A stretch of 64,000 bases of DNA. Source: Blepharisma stoltei ATCC 30299. Lineage: Eukaryota > Protista > Ciliophora. The notes under the pieces were generated by a model. It saw only the letters and a list, made by a program, of their open reading frames with translations. It ran no database searches and was not told the DNA's origin. A program made the position numbers and the translations under genes. This document shows, in pieces, positions 1 to 12,009 of the stretch; the first letter of the stretch is position 1; every line of letters begins with the position of its first letter. The stretch lies in assembly GCA_965603825.1 (NCBI GenBank), contig CBFDEM010000055.1, positions 124,001 through 188,000 of the forward strand. The letters run 5' to 3'.

Positions 1-67
1 TATCTTTTCAAATTTCATATTAGATAGGATATTTTCACCTCCCTGCCATATTAATTTAATCTATAAC

Positions 68-1687
68 ATGTTTCAGCACGCTTTCCAAAATGGCCCAGCA
101 GTCGAAGTCATAAACTCAGGCGAAAAAACACCTCAATGGGTCATCAACAAGTCCAAATGAAAATCCTTCGATAAATCTGTAAAAGGTTACATCATTACCT
201 TAGATTCCCATACAGCAAAACTCCAATTTCCAAGTAATGAAAGGCAATCTCTATCTCTCGTGCAGCCTTATCTTGTTCTTCAAATCTTTTTAATCCCAGT
301 GCAGTCATTTACACTTGAATTAGGATTAACAGATATCAGCGGCTCCAAGAGGCGGCTAATGTTCTCTTCTGCTTCAAAAGAAATCATATCTACACCTTTG
401 CATGCAAGAATCCCAAATGGACCTTTTTTAAGAGGGGTCTGGGCTAATATTTCTATTGATCTTGTAGGGTTTGTGAATGCTTGCTTTCCTGGAAGTACTT
501 TTAGGTCATTAGATTCAATTACTATACATTCATTCTGTAAAATCAGAAAAGTTTTCACGATGAAAAATCCGATTTTCGATACAAGTGATGCAGGAACTCA
601 TATGGATGGAGCTGAAATGCCACCTAAAAATTTTGAGTTTCCTCCAGGAGTGCAATATGTGAACCAGCTGATTGTTCCTGCTATGGTTGTGGCAATGGAG
701 CTTGAAGCGCCAATTGAAACACCAATTAAATCAATTCCTAAGAAAACTTGCTTAGCATTTGGGACGAAAATTCCAGCAAATACAGCGCCGACCTTAAAGC
801 AAATTCCAAAGAAAGAGCCTCGAACTGCTTCACCTCAACGGAAACAAACATCAAACACTTCAACCTCATTTTTTTCAAAACGTGACAACAATACAGCTAA
901 ATTAATCCCAGACACTCGCAGCCCATCTAAAATTTCAGGCACCTTTGAGCGTGTTACCACCGAGAGTTTTGCTAGCAAAAACTACAACAGAATCGGTTCA
1001 GCTGCTTCAACTCGATATGATGCTAAAGAAGACATAATAGAACAAGAAGAAATTCTAGAAGCCAATGAAGAAGAAAAAAAATCCAATAAATCTCCCAGTC
1101 CAGCGCTTAAAAACAGTTCTCAGCGATTTTCTGATTTTTCTGAATCTTTTAAATCAGATGAAATTGAATCAGAATATTCAAAGCAGCTATCCTTTTCAAA
1201 CCCCTTAGACGATATGGGCGACGAAGAAATAAAAGAAGACCCTAGCACTACTGAAAATTCTATATTAAAATCAGCTCAGAGAAAATTGACTAATTATAAT
1301 CAGCCTTCATATGGGGCTGCAGCACAATCCATTGAAGAAGAAATTGATGAGGAGAGATATAATCCTAATATTTATACTCAAAACTCAATTGACCATAACT
1401 TCTATCCATTTGCAAAAGAAAACAACAGAGAAAGTGATTCTCCAGTGCCTCATCCTACCTTTTATGCTCAAGGTTTAAACGAAGCAACACAGGTAAGGCC
1501 TTTTACTCCACCTTTCGCTGGGCTATCTTCAATGAGAAATATAAAAGCTTCATATGAAGAAGAACAACAAGCTGAAATTGAAGGTGAAGGCGAAGGCGAA
1601 GAAGAAGCAGTGGAGCTTGTGTATGATCCTGTGCTCAAATGCTACTATGACCCTAGCACACATGAGTATTATGAGGTAAATGATTAG
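68..1687 (+). CDS. CFAP20DC: CFAP20-domain-containing protein (C3orf67/CFAP20DC-like), ciliary
   Basis: ATG at 68 is in frame with ORF 260..1687 through one TGA (158-160). The N-terminus MFQHAFQNGPAVEV...DKSVKGY...LSLVQPYLVLQ...CKIRKVFTMK is a CFAP20 domain, and the C-terminus LVYDPVLKCYYDPSTHEYYEV matches the C3orf67-type tail. Stop is TAG. Confidence 0.85.
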
Positions 1688-1729
1688 TTATGTAGTTTTT
1701 AACTATTATTTATAAATAGTCTGCTTAAA

Positions 1730-2560
1730 ATGTATGGCTTAACGCAATCAAACCGGTCTTCAGAAGAAGGGATTGATGGAAATTTGGAGTTCAGTGAAAC
1801 CCCCAGTAAGATAAAACTTCAAAAATTGTCAAGTAAACTTATAAGCTACCAAACTGGAATTGAGTCAGAAAAACAAGCGCAAGTTGAATCATTCAAATAT
1901 CGAATGAAGCAGCTGGAAGAGAAAATTTCGAAGATCGAACTTGCTGATGAATCTAAGTTTTCAGTAATTTTTACTTAGGTACTCAAAGACCAACTTAGCA
2001 AAGCTCAAGAAAACCTCTCAACTGAGCATTTAGCATTAGAAATCTTAGACGAGCGCAAAGTCAAAGAACTTAAGTTATGTGAAAACAACATCCATATCAA
2101 CATCTCACTTGAGCGGCAAGGCAGAAAAGAGCAAGAAGTAAAAATAATTAAAAATATCGACGACAAATTTTTTGGAATCAAAATCGAAGTATCAAAAGAA
2201 CGAAAAATCAGAGAAGACACAGAAGAAGAAAAAAATGTGGAGTTTGGAGAACAGCTTGACTCCCTACAAGAGCAACTAGAAAACGAAATGAGAACTAGAG
2301 AAGATGGCTATGATAAAATCATAAAAACTATTGGAAGCGAGCTTCAAAGATGCTATGGCTCATTAGAATCTGATAGAAAGAAGAGAGAAGAAGAGCATGC
2401 CATGTATGCTAAGTTTATTGATGAGATGAAAATGAGGGTCCAAACTGAAATAAATTTAGAAAGAAAGGAAAGAGAAGCAACAGAAGAAACCTTAATCAGA
2501 CTATTAGAAGAGACCTGCCAAAAAGTAGAAACTGGCATAGGACCAAAACAATATTTCTAA
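1730..2560 (+). CDS. SF-assemblin/beta-giardin family striated-fibre protein (join 1730-1963,1979-2560)
   Basis: Removing the 15-nt intron joins ORFs 1730..1978 and 2237..2560 in frame. Coiled coil ending ERKEREATEETLIRLLEETC, typical of SF-assemblin. Confidence 0.8.
1964..1978 (+). other. 15-nt spliceosomal intron GTAATTTTTACTTAG
   Basis: GT..AG, A at position 10, in-frame TAG; removal restores a continuous ORF. Confidence 0.9.
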
Positions 2561-2586
2561 TTTAACTTCAAATAATTTAATTAAGT

Positions 2587-5475
2587 ATGGAAGACTTAAG
2601 TAATAGATCGCGCGAGAAAAGCTTTGAAGAAGGGTTTGACTACATTTCTGAAGGCGAAATCATTATAAAACTTCAAGAAAAAGTGAAATCTCAAGCGCAA
2701 AGACTGAGGGCCTTGGAGGGTTACAAAACATTATGCGAAACAAGGATTGCTGAATTGTTTCCAAGTCATCCATTCCCAGTAAAAAATGAGCATCTAGGGG
2801 TTTTTAATTCTCAGGATAGCCAAGAGCTTCATGCAGCCAAACAAAAGATTATCCGTTTAGAACAGCAACTGTCTAAGCAGGCATCATTGACACCAAGAAG
2901 TGGGACTCCTCTTTCAGGAACACCGAAAAACGCTCAGAAACTCGATGAAATGTATTCAGTGCTGCATCATAAATATAATGAACTTGTCAAAGATAAGTCC
3001 CTTGTGGAAGAAACTCTGCGAGCTGAAATGCTGGCATCTGAAGAACAAAGAACGTATATTGAAATACTAAAGCAAGCTTTAGAAGTTAACGTTGAAGAGT
3101 TAGGGCTTGGAGGTATAGAAGCTGATACCTTTGTCGAATTTGTCCAAAATAAGACGAACATTGAAAACACAAGAAAAAATACAGCGAAACTGCAAAGTGC
3201 TGTTTTGGACCAAGAAATCCAGATAAAGAAATTAAATGAAGAAATTGAGGCAAGAATTCAAGACTGCAATGAGATGGCAGAAGCTAAAGAAAAAATGGAA
3301 AAGCAACTCAGTGAAGTTGTGACAGCTTTAGAGTTCGCAGAAGGAGAAGCCTCAAGATTTGAAATTGAAAGAAATTCACTTATTGATTATATTGAAGAGC
3401 ACAAGAAAAAAGGAGACTTAGTAGCTGAAAATTTAAATGAGGTCGAAGAAAAGCATGCAGAGTTAAACGAACAATACCAAAAAATTGCTGACGAACATGA
3501 AAACCTGCATTTGACTAAAAAAGAAATAGAAGCTGAGTTAGAAAATAAAAAAAAAGAAATTGAAGACTATCTAAAAAAACTTGAGGAATTGCAGGAAAAA
3601 TATATTAACTCAAAAGCAAAAATTGAGGAAAAAGATAAACAAATAATCCAGTTGAAAGATAATTTAAATAAGCAAACAGCTCGTAATAAGGAGCTTGAAG
3701 AAAGTAATTCAGATTTAAACAAGAAATTGAGAGAAAATGAACAAGAAATGGAAGACACCCTTGCAGAGCTTGAAGAAATAAAAAATCATGAAGCTCAGCT
3801 GGGAACTGAATTGAGCGAACTTAATGAGGACTTAAACAAAGCAGAGTCTGAGCTTAGAGAAGGTGAAGAGATAATAAAAGACTTAAGGAAAGAACTCGAA
3901 GACCAACTCACTCAAAACACAAACTTAAATTCAAATCTTGACTCAAACTCTAAACAAATCGAAGAATTAAACTCAGAAATTACAAAAGCCTGGACTACTC
4001 AAAAAGAAGCCTACCAAAGAGAGCAAAATCTCGTCAAAACCAATAACGAGCTATGCTCAAAACTCAGCGAAACTCAACAGAAAACTGAGCTTTTACAAGC
4101 AGAAATAGAAGAACTGAACTATGAGATAACTGAACTTAAAGAAAAATATGAAGAAGCATCAGTAGATTTAATTAATTTAAGAGAAATAAGAACCAAGCTA
4201 GAGCAAGAGCTTCAAAAAACAGAGCTTGAGCTTTCGAATGAAAAGTGCAATTCAAAATATTTCCAAGACGAAGTTGTTGCATTAAAAATCCGAATTGAAG
4301 ATTTAAATTTAGCCTTGAAAATTGCTAATGAAAACTATCAAGACCGTGATGATAAATTGAGGATTTCTGGGTATAAAAATGATGAACTGAATGAAGAAAT
4401 CAATAGAATCAAAGAAGAAGTCAAAGAAGAAAAAAGAGAAAAGCAAGGGGTTGAGGAGGCATTGAGAAAAGCACTGATTGATAATGAAAGGATTATTCAA
4501 GAAAAAACTATATTAGAAGAACAAATTGCTGAGTGTTGCAGATCATCTGGAGAGCTAATAGAGAAACTAAAAGAATGCGAATTTTCTAAAGATTTTAACG
4601 ATTTCATATCATCGTGAAGCAAAATTCCATCAGATGTCCTTTCATTACAAAGACTAATTCAACTCTCTCTTATAAATCTCTTCCAGCTATATCAGCAAAA
4701 TTCTAAATATTCTGAAGATTTACTAGTCATTAGCAGCAAGCTCCAATCATCTCTATCTGACTGTGATAATCTCGCAAAAGAAGAATCCTCCTTAAGGTCC
4801 CGAGAAGCATTCTTACGCAACCAAATCGAGCAAATTTATCAAGAAAATAGCAGAATCCGTGAAAGCTTGAACTCCCAAATCACAAGCCTTCACCAAGAAG
4901 TGATTTTCTTAAGATCTGAAATTCACAAGCTGCACGACGAAAACGAGTATTTAAATACTGAATTGCGCTCCAAGTCTCTCGAGTATTCCAAAGCCAAGCA
5001 GGCAGAGGAATATTATAAACACACTTTAGAAGAAAAAACTCGACTATATAATAAGCATAAAATAGACTTTGAAGAAATCATCAGGGAAATATGAAAGGCT
5101 AAAAGCATTGAATCTCAAAGGGTTTTCGAACAAATAATGAGAGTGAAAACTGAGCTAGAACACGCTGAAAATGACAAGTCAAGAATTTTGGAACAGATTT
5201 TGAAACTTACTGAAGACGGGGATGCACAGATAAGAGAAACTTTGAAAAAACAGGTAAATAGCTGTGATGAGCAGATTGAGACGAGAAAAGGTCTTATTAA
5301 AAGACTTGAAGATGAAATAAGAGGGTTAGAGTCTAAAAGTGGCAGCATAAAGCTTAATGGAGATAGAAGTAGAAGCTATATTCGTATAGAAGGCGAGATA
5401 GAGCCTTCTGAAATTAATCCAAAATCAAATGGCTCTACCTTTAGATCTCAAAGCAGTGAAGAGCAGGTAATTTAA
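2587..5475 (+). CDS. Long coiled-coil protein (962 aa), likely cytoskeletal or basal-body
   Basis: ORFs 2587, 4867 and 5137 share one frame and are separated only by TGA (4615-4617, 5092-5094). E/K/L-rich heptads; TAA at 5473-5475. Confidence 0.8.
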
Positions 5476-5747
5476 ATACTTAAAAAAAATTGAAGTAAAT
5501 TAAAATTCTTTTTTAAAATAATATACTTAAACTTGACTAAAAAGAGAGTTAAGACATTTAGAGATATCTTAAAGATTTTAAAATATCTAATTTGAAGCCT
5601 ATATAGCAAATCATACAAATGATGATTAAATTGAGACAATCAATATAATCCCGATAAAGAAAATAATTTTAGATATAAAAACTTCAAATCGATTTTATTC
5701 TCAAGTGTCTTAATTCTTAAAGTTTGAGTAAAATTAAAGTCTTTGAA

Positions 5748-6251
5748 TTAAAGCATTTCTACTGATTGTTGAGCTAGTCTTCTAACTCTTCTCCAATAAT
5801 TAGCTCTATCATCTCTAAACTGGATTGCAGCATCCATATTAGCAGGACTGTCTAAATTAGGGTCATTCAGCATTGAAATGACTGATAGCAATATAGATTC
5901 CACTCCAAGAATAGGCCGCCATCTTTCAGCAGAACTTTCAAGAGAGTTAAAAACATCTTCCCCTGGAGGGTGCAATATCGAAATGCATACTCTTCCGTCC
6001 TTAAATATGTTTGGGTGCCACATTTCGCTTTTAAAAATCATTTCAGGCGGAGAGTTGGGGTAATCTTCTGGAAATCTCAAATTTGCCATGTAAAAGCCGC
6101 CTTCCCAAGGAGTATCTGTGGGGCCTGAAAAGCAGACTGTCCATATAAACCAATTATCGTCGACTAAGCCTACTGAAAACCCGCTGTCTTCATTTTGTGT
6201 GAGATCTCGGAATTCTCGCTGAAGACGGGCAATTGCAAAGGATTCTACCAT
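5748..6251 (-). CDS. UBC7: Ubiquitin-conjugating enzyme E2, Ubc7/UBE2G (Cdc34-like acidic loop) class
   Basis: WHPNI...GRVCISILHPPG carries the catalytic Cys and the acidic-loop insertion, followed by ERWRP...SILLSVISML. Confidence 0.9.
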   Translation of the reverse strand: MVESFAIARLQREFRDLTQNEDSGFSVGLVDDNWFIWTVCFSGPTDTPWEGGFYMANLRFPEDYPNSPPEMIFKSEMWHPNIFKDGRVCISILHPPGEDVFNSLESSAERWRPILGVESILLSVISMLNDPNLDSPANMDAAIQFRDDRANYWRRVRRLAQQSVEML

Positions 6252-6443
6252 TTATTAAATTTATTTTGGAAGAAATCAGGATAGAAATAGCTGCTGTGTG
6301 CTTGGAATAAATAGTTCTCAATAAAAAATGCGGCATATTGAAAATGAAGCAATAAAAATAATATTCTGGATAAATGCAATCAATTTTCTTTATATTAAAT
6401 TTTACTGAATGTATTTTAAATTGACTTTAATATAAAACATTAA

Positions 6444-6770
6444 ATGTCTATGGATGACTTCTGGCAGAAGGTTATTAAGGTACTTTCAGGCTCTGAAAAA
6501 GAAAGAAAAGATGCTATAGATGAGTTAGTGGTCCCTCCAGCTGAAGAATGGCAGAAACAAGTTGAGGATTGAAGAAATGAAATTCTTAAAGGGAGGAAAA
6601 AATTCCTTTTGGATTATTCATTAGAGCAAAGAAATGCTATATTCTTCTGCAGTGCAGCAGCAGTTTTTCTATTTTCAGGGGGAATATTTAGGAGATTTAG
6701 GAAAACGATAAGCTTTAGCATTATTGGAGGAATTTTTATTGTGCCTGAGCATTTTAGGCCTTATATTTAA
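6444..6770 (+). CDS. Small 108-aa membrane protein (absent from the ORF track)
   Basis: MSMDDFWQKVIKVLSG...QVEDW(TGA)RNEIL...AIFFCSAAAVFLFSGGIFRRFRKTISFSIIGGIFIVPEHFRPYI-TAA. Two hydrophobic segments around a basic linker; AT-rich flanks. Confidence 0.7.
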
Positions 6771-6996
6771 TGTTTAGTCTTACTTTATTTAAATAATTTA
6801 ATGATTAAATATATTTTATGTATTTAAAGCCATGGCTTTATTATTTCTAGTAATTATCTAAAAAAATTATTATAAAGCTTTCTTATATAAATATTAATAT
6901 TAACGATACCATAACTGCAAATTCAATCATAAAATGAAAATTTGGGTTTATTTATATATAAAATAAGTTTAATTACTGCGCGCTTGGCATATTATT

Positions 6997-8880
6997 TTAT
7001 GGCTGATACAGACGAGCCCTCAAATCTTCGTGCAAATTCTTTTCTCCCCTCTCATTCCATATTTCAATTAGAAGTTTTTTTGCATCTTCAGAGTTCAATT
7101 CCAAGGCTTTTTCAGTTAGATTTGTAAGCCAGTCTAAATTATTTGCTTCTTGGGCTTTATGTATGTTAATAACGAGCCATGCGTTATTATCCGCGTTTGC
7201 TGGCGAAAACATTATGTTTGGGCTATTATAAATTTCATCACTGCTGTCTAAGCCTTCCTTTCATCCTTTGCCAAGCTTATTATACAGTTTTTCCATTTCT
7301 AAGTCGTCAATTCCTATCTGTCGCTTTCCAACTCCTTTCCCAATATAATTAAAACCAGAATTAAACGGTGTTGTATTGTATCTGCCTAAAATCCATCTCA
7401 AAATATACAATTTAAGCAGAATTCTTCGTTTTACAGGACTCATTAATATTTGTTCTTTCCATCTTCGATTTATTACAGTGACTAATAAGCCATAGTTTTC
7501 TTCTAATCTTTTGCAAGGAAGAAGTGTCTGATTCACCACTTTTTGTTTCAGGAAATCCAGAATATCAAGCTGCTCTAAGACAGTATATTGTAATGGGTGA
7601 TTTTCATTATAAAGTAAGTTGTAATGCTCTCTCAATATTTTTATCATCCCATTTATAGGTTCAGTTTTAACGAACTGGTAGTTTGATTTTGCTCGTAAAA
7701 TTAAAATCATTTTTTGGGCATTTCTTAAGTCTGCTAAAAGAAATCTATACCCCAAAGCGAGATTTTTGACAGTTTTCAGGTGGACTGGCCATTGAAACCT
7801 GAATAAAATAAATAGTCCCATTAAGAAGGCAAGGAGAATTGCTGATGTTACGTTGACTGCGATCATTAGAGAAGTCATATTCGAGTCCACAAGTGCTTCT
7901 GCGTCATAATTTGCAGCTTTGAGGTATCCTAAGAACATATTTGCTGAAATAATCCACAGACCCAGAAAATAAAGGAAGCTTGAACTCATACAACGGTAAA
8001 CTGGGAAAATTGTTGTATACAAAGCAAAAATAGCACATATTAGTGTTAGGACCAGCATTTTTGTTCCTTGATAAGAGTTTAAGATCCCATGAACAATCAC
8101 CAAAGACAGCACAAAAAGCTCATAAATCGGTCTATGGTAAACTCTCAATCGATTTCTTCTATAAGAACTAAATAAATATTGTCTTTCAGTCAGCCAGGCA
8201 TGGGAAATTTGCAAAACATATTCCATTTCTTTTTGTTTCACAAAATCTTCGTGGGCTTCCGGATCATCTGTAATTAAATGCTTTTGAATATAAAATGCCA
8301 TATATATAGGCATCCCAAGCAAAAAAAGAACAGTTACACAAAAGCTTAAAATGCTCATGATAAGTTGGGAAACGGCACTAGTGTCCCAGCAGTTATCATA
8401 TTGGCAAAAAGCAGCTGGTAAGAGCCCCAGAGCTATTGGGAGATAAAGAACATGTGCCAATATAAGGTAATACCTTTCAAATCATATTCTCCAGAGCACT
8501 GGCAATGGAATGACAAATTTGAAAAGAAAATATAAGCCGATCAAGCTGCCTGAAACAATCAACCATAAATATGAATAAATTACCCTTGTAGTTGAATCTT
8601 CTATAATATCACTGTAAAACAATGTTCCGAAATCAGCTGCAAATATTACAGAGATCAGGCTGTCATTTATCATGCCTTGCCAATGAAGAGGCCAGACCTC
8701 ATAGTTTGCAGCGAAAGAGAATACAAAAAGTTGAGCAATTTCTAACCAAATCATGAGCTTTTCACCCCAAAAGTTCGATATTACTAAAGATTTATACCAG
8801 GCTTTGGTTTCTCCAAGATCGAATAGTAGCTTGAAGACTTCGAGTGCCTCCTTATCTGAGGTTTCTGCTTGTTTTGACAT
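6997..8880 (-). CDS. Multi-pass membrane protein of unknown function (627 aa)
   Basis: ORFs 8482..8967, 7261..8460 and 6997..7212 are one frame linked by TGA (8482-8484, 7261-7263). First ATG at 8880 (MSKQAE); many hydrophobic helices. Confidence 0.8.
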
Positions 8881-9358
8881 TAAAAAATGGAAACAACTGA
8901 GAAATTTGGCAAGGAATTTTATCAAGTTGAAGGGAAAAAAATAAAAACAAAAATTTTTCAAAAGCAAGAAGCTTAAAATTAATTCAAGAAAATCATCAGA
9001 TTAAGATAAAAATAGCTAAATAGGTTACTTGAAACTGCTATGAAATTTTAGGTTTTAGACATCTCATTTCAAAAAAATATGAAAAACCTTCATTTTTTGA
9101 AAATTTGTATAAACAATAGAATTTTCAAGGACTATAAATTGAAGTATTGACTATAGATTTTGAATTTGTTTGAAAGAACTTTCATAATACCGAATAATTT
9201 TCCAATTCAAAACTATTTCATAAAGTATAAGCAAAAAATATTTAGATAAAGAGAAGTCCAAAGCCAATATTTTCTCTCCTGCAATAATCTGGTTTTTAAT
9301 GCATCAAATTTGTTTTTAAACACCAATATACATGGCAACAAAAATCTTTATTAATTAA

Positions 9359-10174
9359 ATGCCATTAATGAAGCGACAACAAATAAGCGATCAAGAAATT
9401 CATTCCAACAAACTTTTTCCAATAGTCTTATCTCCATTACAATCTCCTACAGGGAACTCAACATCTCGGAACTCTTGCTATTCCGTAACAGACTTTTCTA
9501 ACTTTACTATACATACTCGAAGAAGCTCATTTATTCCTTTTATCCATGAAAGAGGTGACACAGGAAAACTATTATCATTAGATCCCGATCCTCCATGCTT
9601 AACATTATCTTCCCGTGCCAGCCCAGAACCAGTTTTACTTTCCCACAAAAAAAAGCCTCAGAAGAAAGTTGCATTTTTAAGCTCTTCAGTCAAAACCTTA
9701 GCAAGAACAAAGCGGAAGCGCGTTAATGTTCCTGAAGTAGGATATTATAATCCAAAGCCAGCATATGAAATCGGCAGCAAACACAAAATTTATTTACCAG
9801 ATGTTCCAACCAAGAGAAATAACCTTGAATCTCGAAAAGGATTTTCTACTGATTATTTAGACATGGATGCAATACATGAGCACCTTCATGGACATCATGG
9901 AACTCTTAGTATGGACAAGCAACTTGCCAGGACTAAAACAAAAGAGGACTTTGACCTTGAAGAAAAACTGCTAAGGAGCGCAAAATTAGAGCTTCCTGAT
10001 CACTTAAAACAATTTAAAGGTCTTTATCATGTCGGCAAATTTTCTTCACAAAAAATCGATAATTTTCCGAAAAATTTTATGGACGTGGCGAAAGACTTAA
10101 ATGAAAATATAGCGAAAAGGATGGAAGAGCTGAAAAATATCGGAAAACAAATGAAAGTTCGTGCTTATAGATAA
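9359..10174 (+). CDS. Hypothetical protein (one P-x-V-G-Y-Y-N-P motif reminiscent of PG-rich ciliary repeats)
   Basis: Intact 271-aa ORF with AT-rich flanks; no confident family. Confidence 0.65.
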   Translation: MPLMKRQQISDQEIHSNKLFPIVLSPLQSPTGNSTSRNSCYSVTDFSNFTIHTRRSSFIPFIHERGDTGKLLSLDPDPPCLTLSSRASPEPVLLSHKKKPQKKVAFLSSSVKTLARTKRKRVNVPEVGYYNPKPAYEIGSKHKIYLPDVPTKRNNLESRKGFSTDYLDMDAIHEHLHGHHGTLSMDKQLARTKTKEDFDLEEKLLRSAKLELPDHLKQFKGLYHVGKFSSQKIDNFPKNFMDVAKDLNENIAKRMEELKNIGKQMKVRAYR

Positions 10175-10188
10175 TTTTAAATTAATAA

Positions 10189-11671
10189 TTAAGGGATTGA
10201 GTTTTTTTGAGTTTGGATTATAACTGTTTTTGATTCTAAATAATTCTGGAGCCCTTCTTCACCTAGTTCTCTGCCAATTCCAGACTCTTTATATCCACCA
10301 AAAGGAGTATTTTCAGTTGTAACTCCATAGCAGTTAACATAAACAGTTCCTGCTTTTAGCTCATTAGTGACTCTTAAAGCTTTATCAATATCACGTGTGA
10401 GAGCTCATCCAGCAAGCCCATAGCGGGTTTTATTGGCTCTTTCTAACACTTCTTCAATCGTTTTAAATTTCATAATACACATGACTGGGCCAAAAATTTC
10501 TTCTTTAGCAATTGTCATATAATCAGTTACATCAACAAACACAGTTGGTTGTATGAAATAGCCTGTCTTCCCAGCTCTCTTCCCTCCTGTTAAAATTGTT
10601 GCACCCTCTGTTTTTCCTTTTTCTATAAATGCTAGTACTTTATTAAATTGCACATCATCAACCATAGGTCCATGTTCTGTTTTTTCTTTTAATGGGTCCC
10701 CAATAATTCTCCTTTCTGCATTTTTAACTGATTTCTCGACGAGCTCATCATAAATTTTTTCTTGGACAAAGATTCGTGATGCAGCGTTACAACATTGGCC
10801 TTGATTAAAAAAAATCCATTGTGAGCAATTGCTACAGCATTATTTATATTGGCATCATCAAATATAATTTGAGGACTTTTGCCACCAAGTTCAAGAGAAA
10901 CCCGCTTTAAGCCGGAATTTCTGATATTTTTATTATTTTATGGCCAATTTCTGTTGATCCAGTAAACACAATTTTATCAACATCTGGATGCAATACAAGA
11001 GACTCTCCAGTTTCTCCAAATCCTGTCAATATATTTACTACACCTGGAGGAAAGCCTGCTTCAACTATTAATTCTCCTATTAGCAATGCAGTGAGTGGCG
11101 TTTGTTCTGCAGGCTTTAATATAACTGTGCAGCCAGCTGCCAATGCATGAGATAGTTTTCATGCTTGCATTAATATCGGGAAATTTCATGGTATTATTTG
11201 TGCAACAGCTCCTACCGGTTCTTTTCTCGTATAGCAGGCATAATTTCCATGAATTGGAATTGTATTGCCCTTTATATTGTTAGCAAGTCCAGCATAATAT
11301 CTATATGTGTCAACAGATAAAGGGATATCAATATTCATCACATTATGGATAGGCTTGCCGTTATCAATAGTTTCTACGTGGGCCAAATCCTTGGCGTGCT
11401 TTTCAATTAGGTCTGCTAGCTTAATTAGCAGCTTTCCTCTATCTCTACCACTCATAAATCTTCAAGGACCTCTATCAAATGCCGATCTCGCAGCTGAAAC
11501 TGCATCGGCAACATCATTGTCTCCAGCAAGCTGCACATCAGCTATTCGTTCCTCGGTTGTTGGATTGAATGCTGGAAAAGTTGCGCGATTGGTTGAATTT
11601 ACAAATTTGTTATTTATGAGTAAGCTGGTTTGAAGGTGGAATGCGAAATTTCTGTGAAGTTTTCGTAGCAT
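10189..11671 (-). pseudogene. Mitochondrial aldehyde dehydrogenase paralogue, TGA-rich, with two 1-nt frameshifts (pseudogene or assembly error)
   Basis: Collinear with the neighbouring ALDH: QIIPW(TGA)NFP, QAW(TGA)[22 protein letters not shown]. One base is missing near 10927-10931 and one in the A8 run at 10807-10814. Span 1483 nt + 2 = 1485 nt, exactly the paralogue's length. Confidence 0.75.
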
Positions 11672-12009
11672 ATTAAATGATTGGATTATATTTTGTATTA
11701 AAATGGTTTGGTCAGAAATAGAAATCTAATAGTGTCACATTAATAGCTAAGAATGCTTGAATTTTTATTGCTTAAAAATATATTAAATTCTATTGATTTT
11801 AGCAGCATGCGCTATATATTGAAAAGAAATAGGCTAAGCTTTAAAGTTTATTTATTTTATAATATTTAATCACTATCGAGGTTGAAAATGTGAATTTGAT
11901 TGTAAAAGTATTGAAATTATGCTGAGCTGAACCTCTCTAAATAAATTCTAAAAATGAAGATATTAATGTTTAAACGAATTGAATTATAAATCTTCATTAA
12001 GATTAATAA

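Noticed and set aside
10900-10940. Euplotes-type programmed +1 frameshift in the ALDH copy
   Set aside because: The shift needed is -1 (a missing base), and the stop is preceded by GCT, not AAA.
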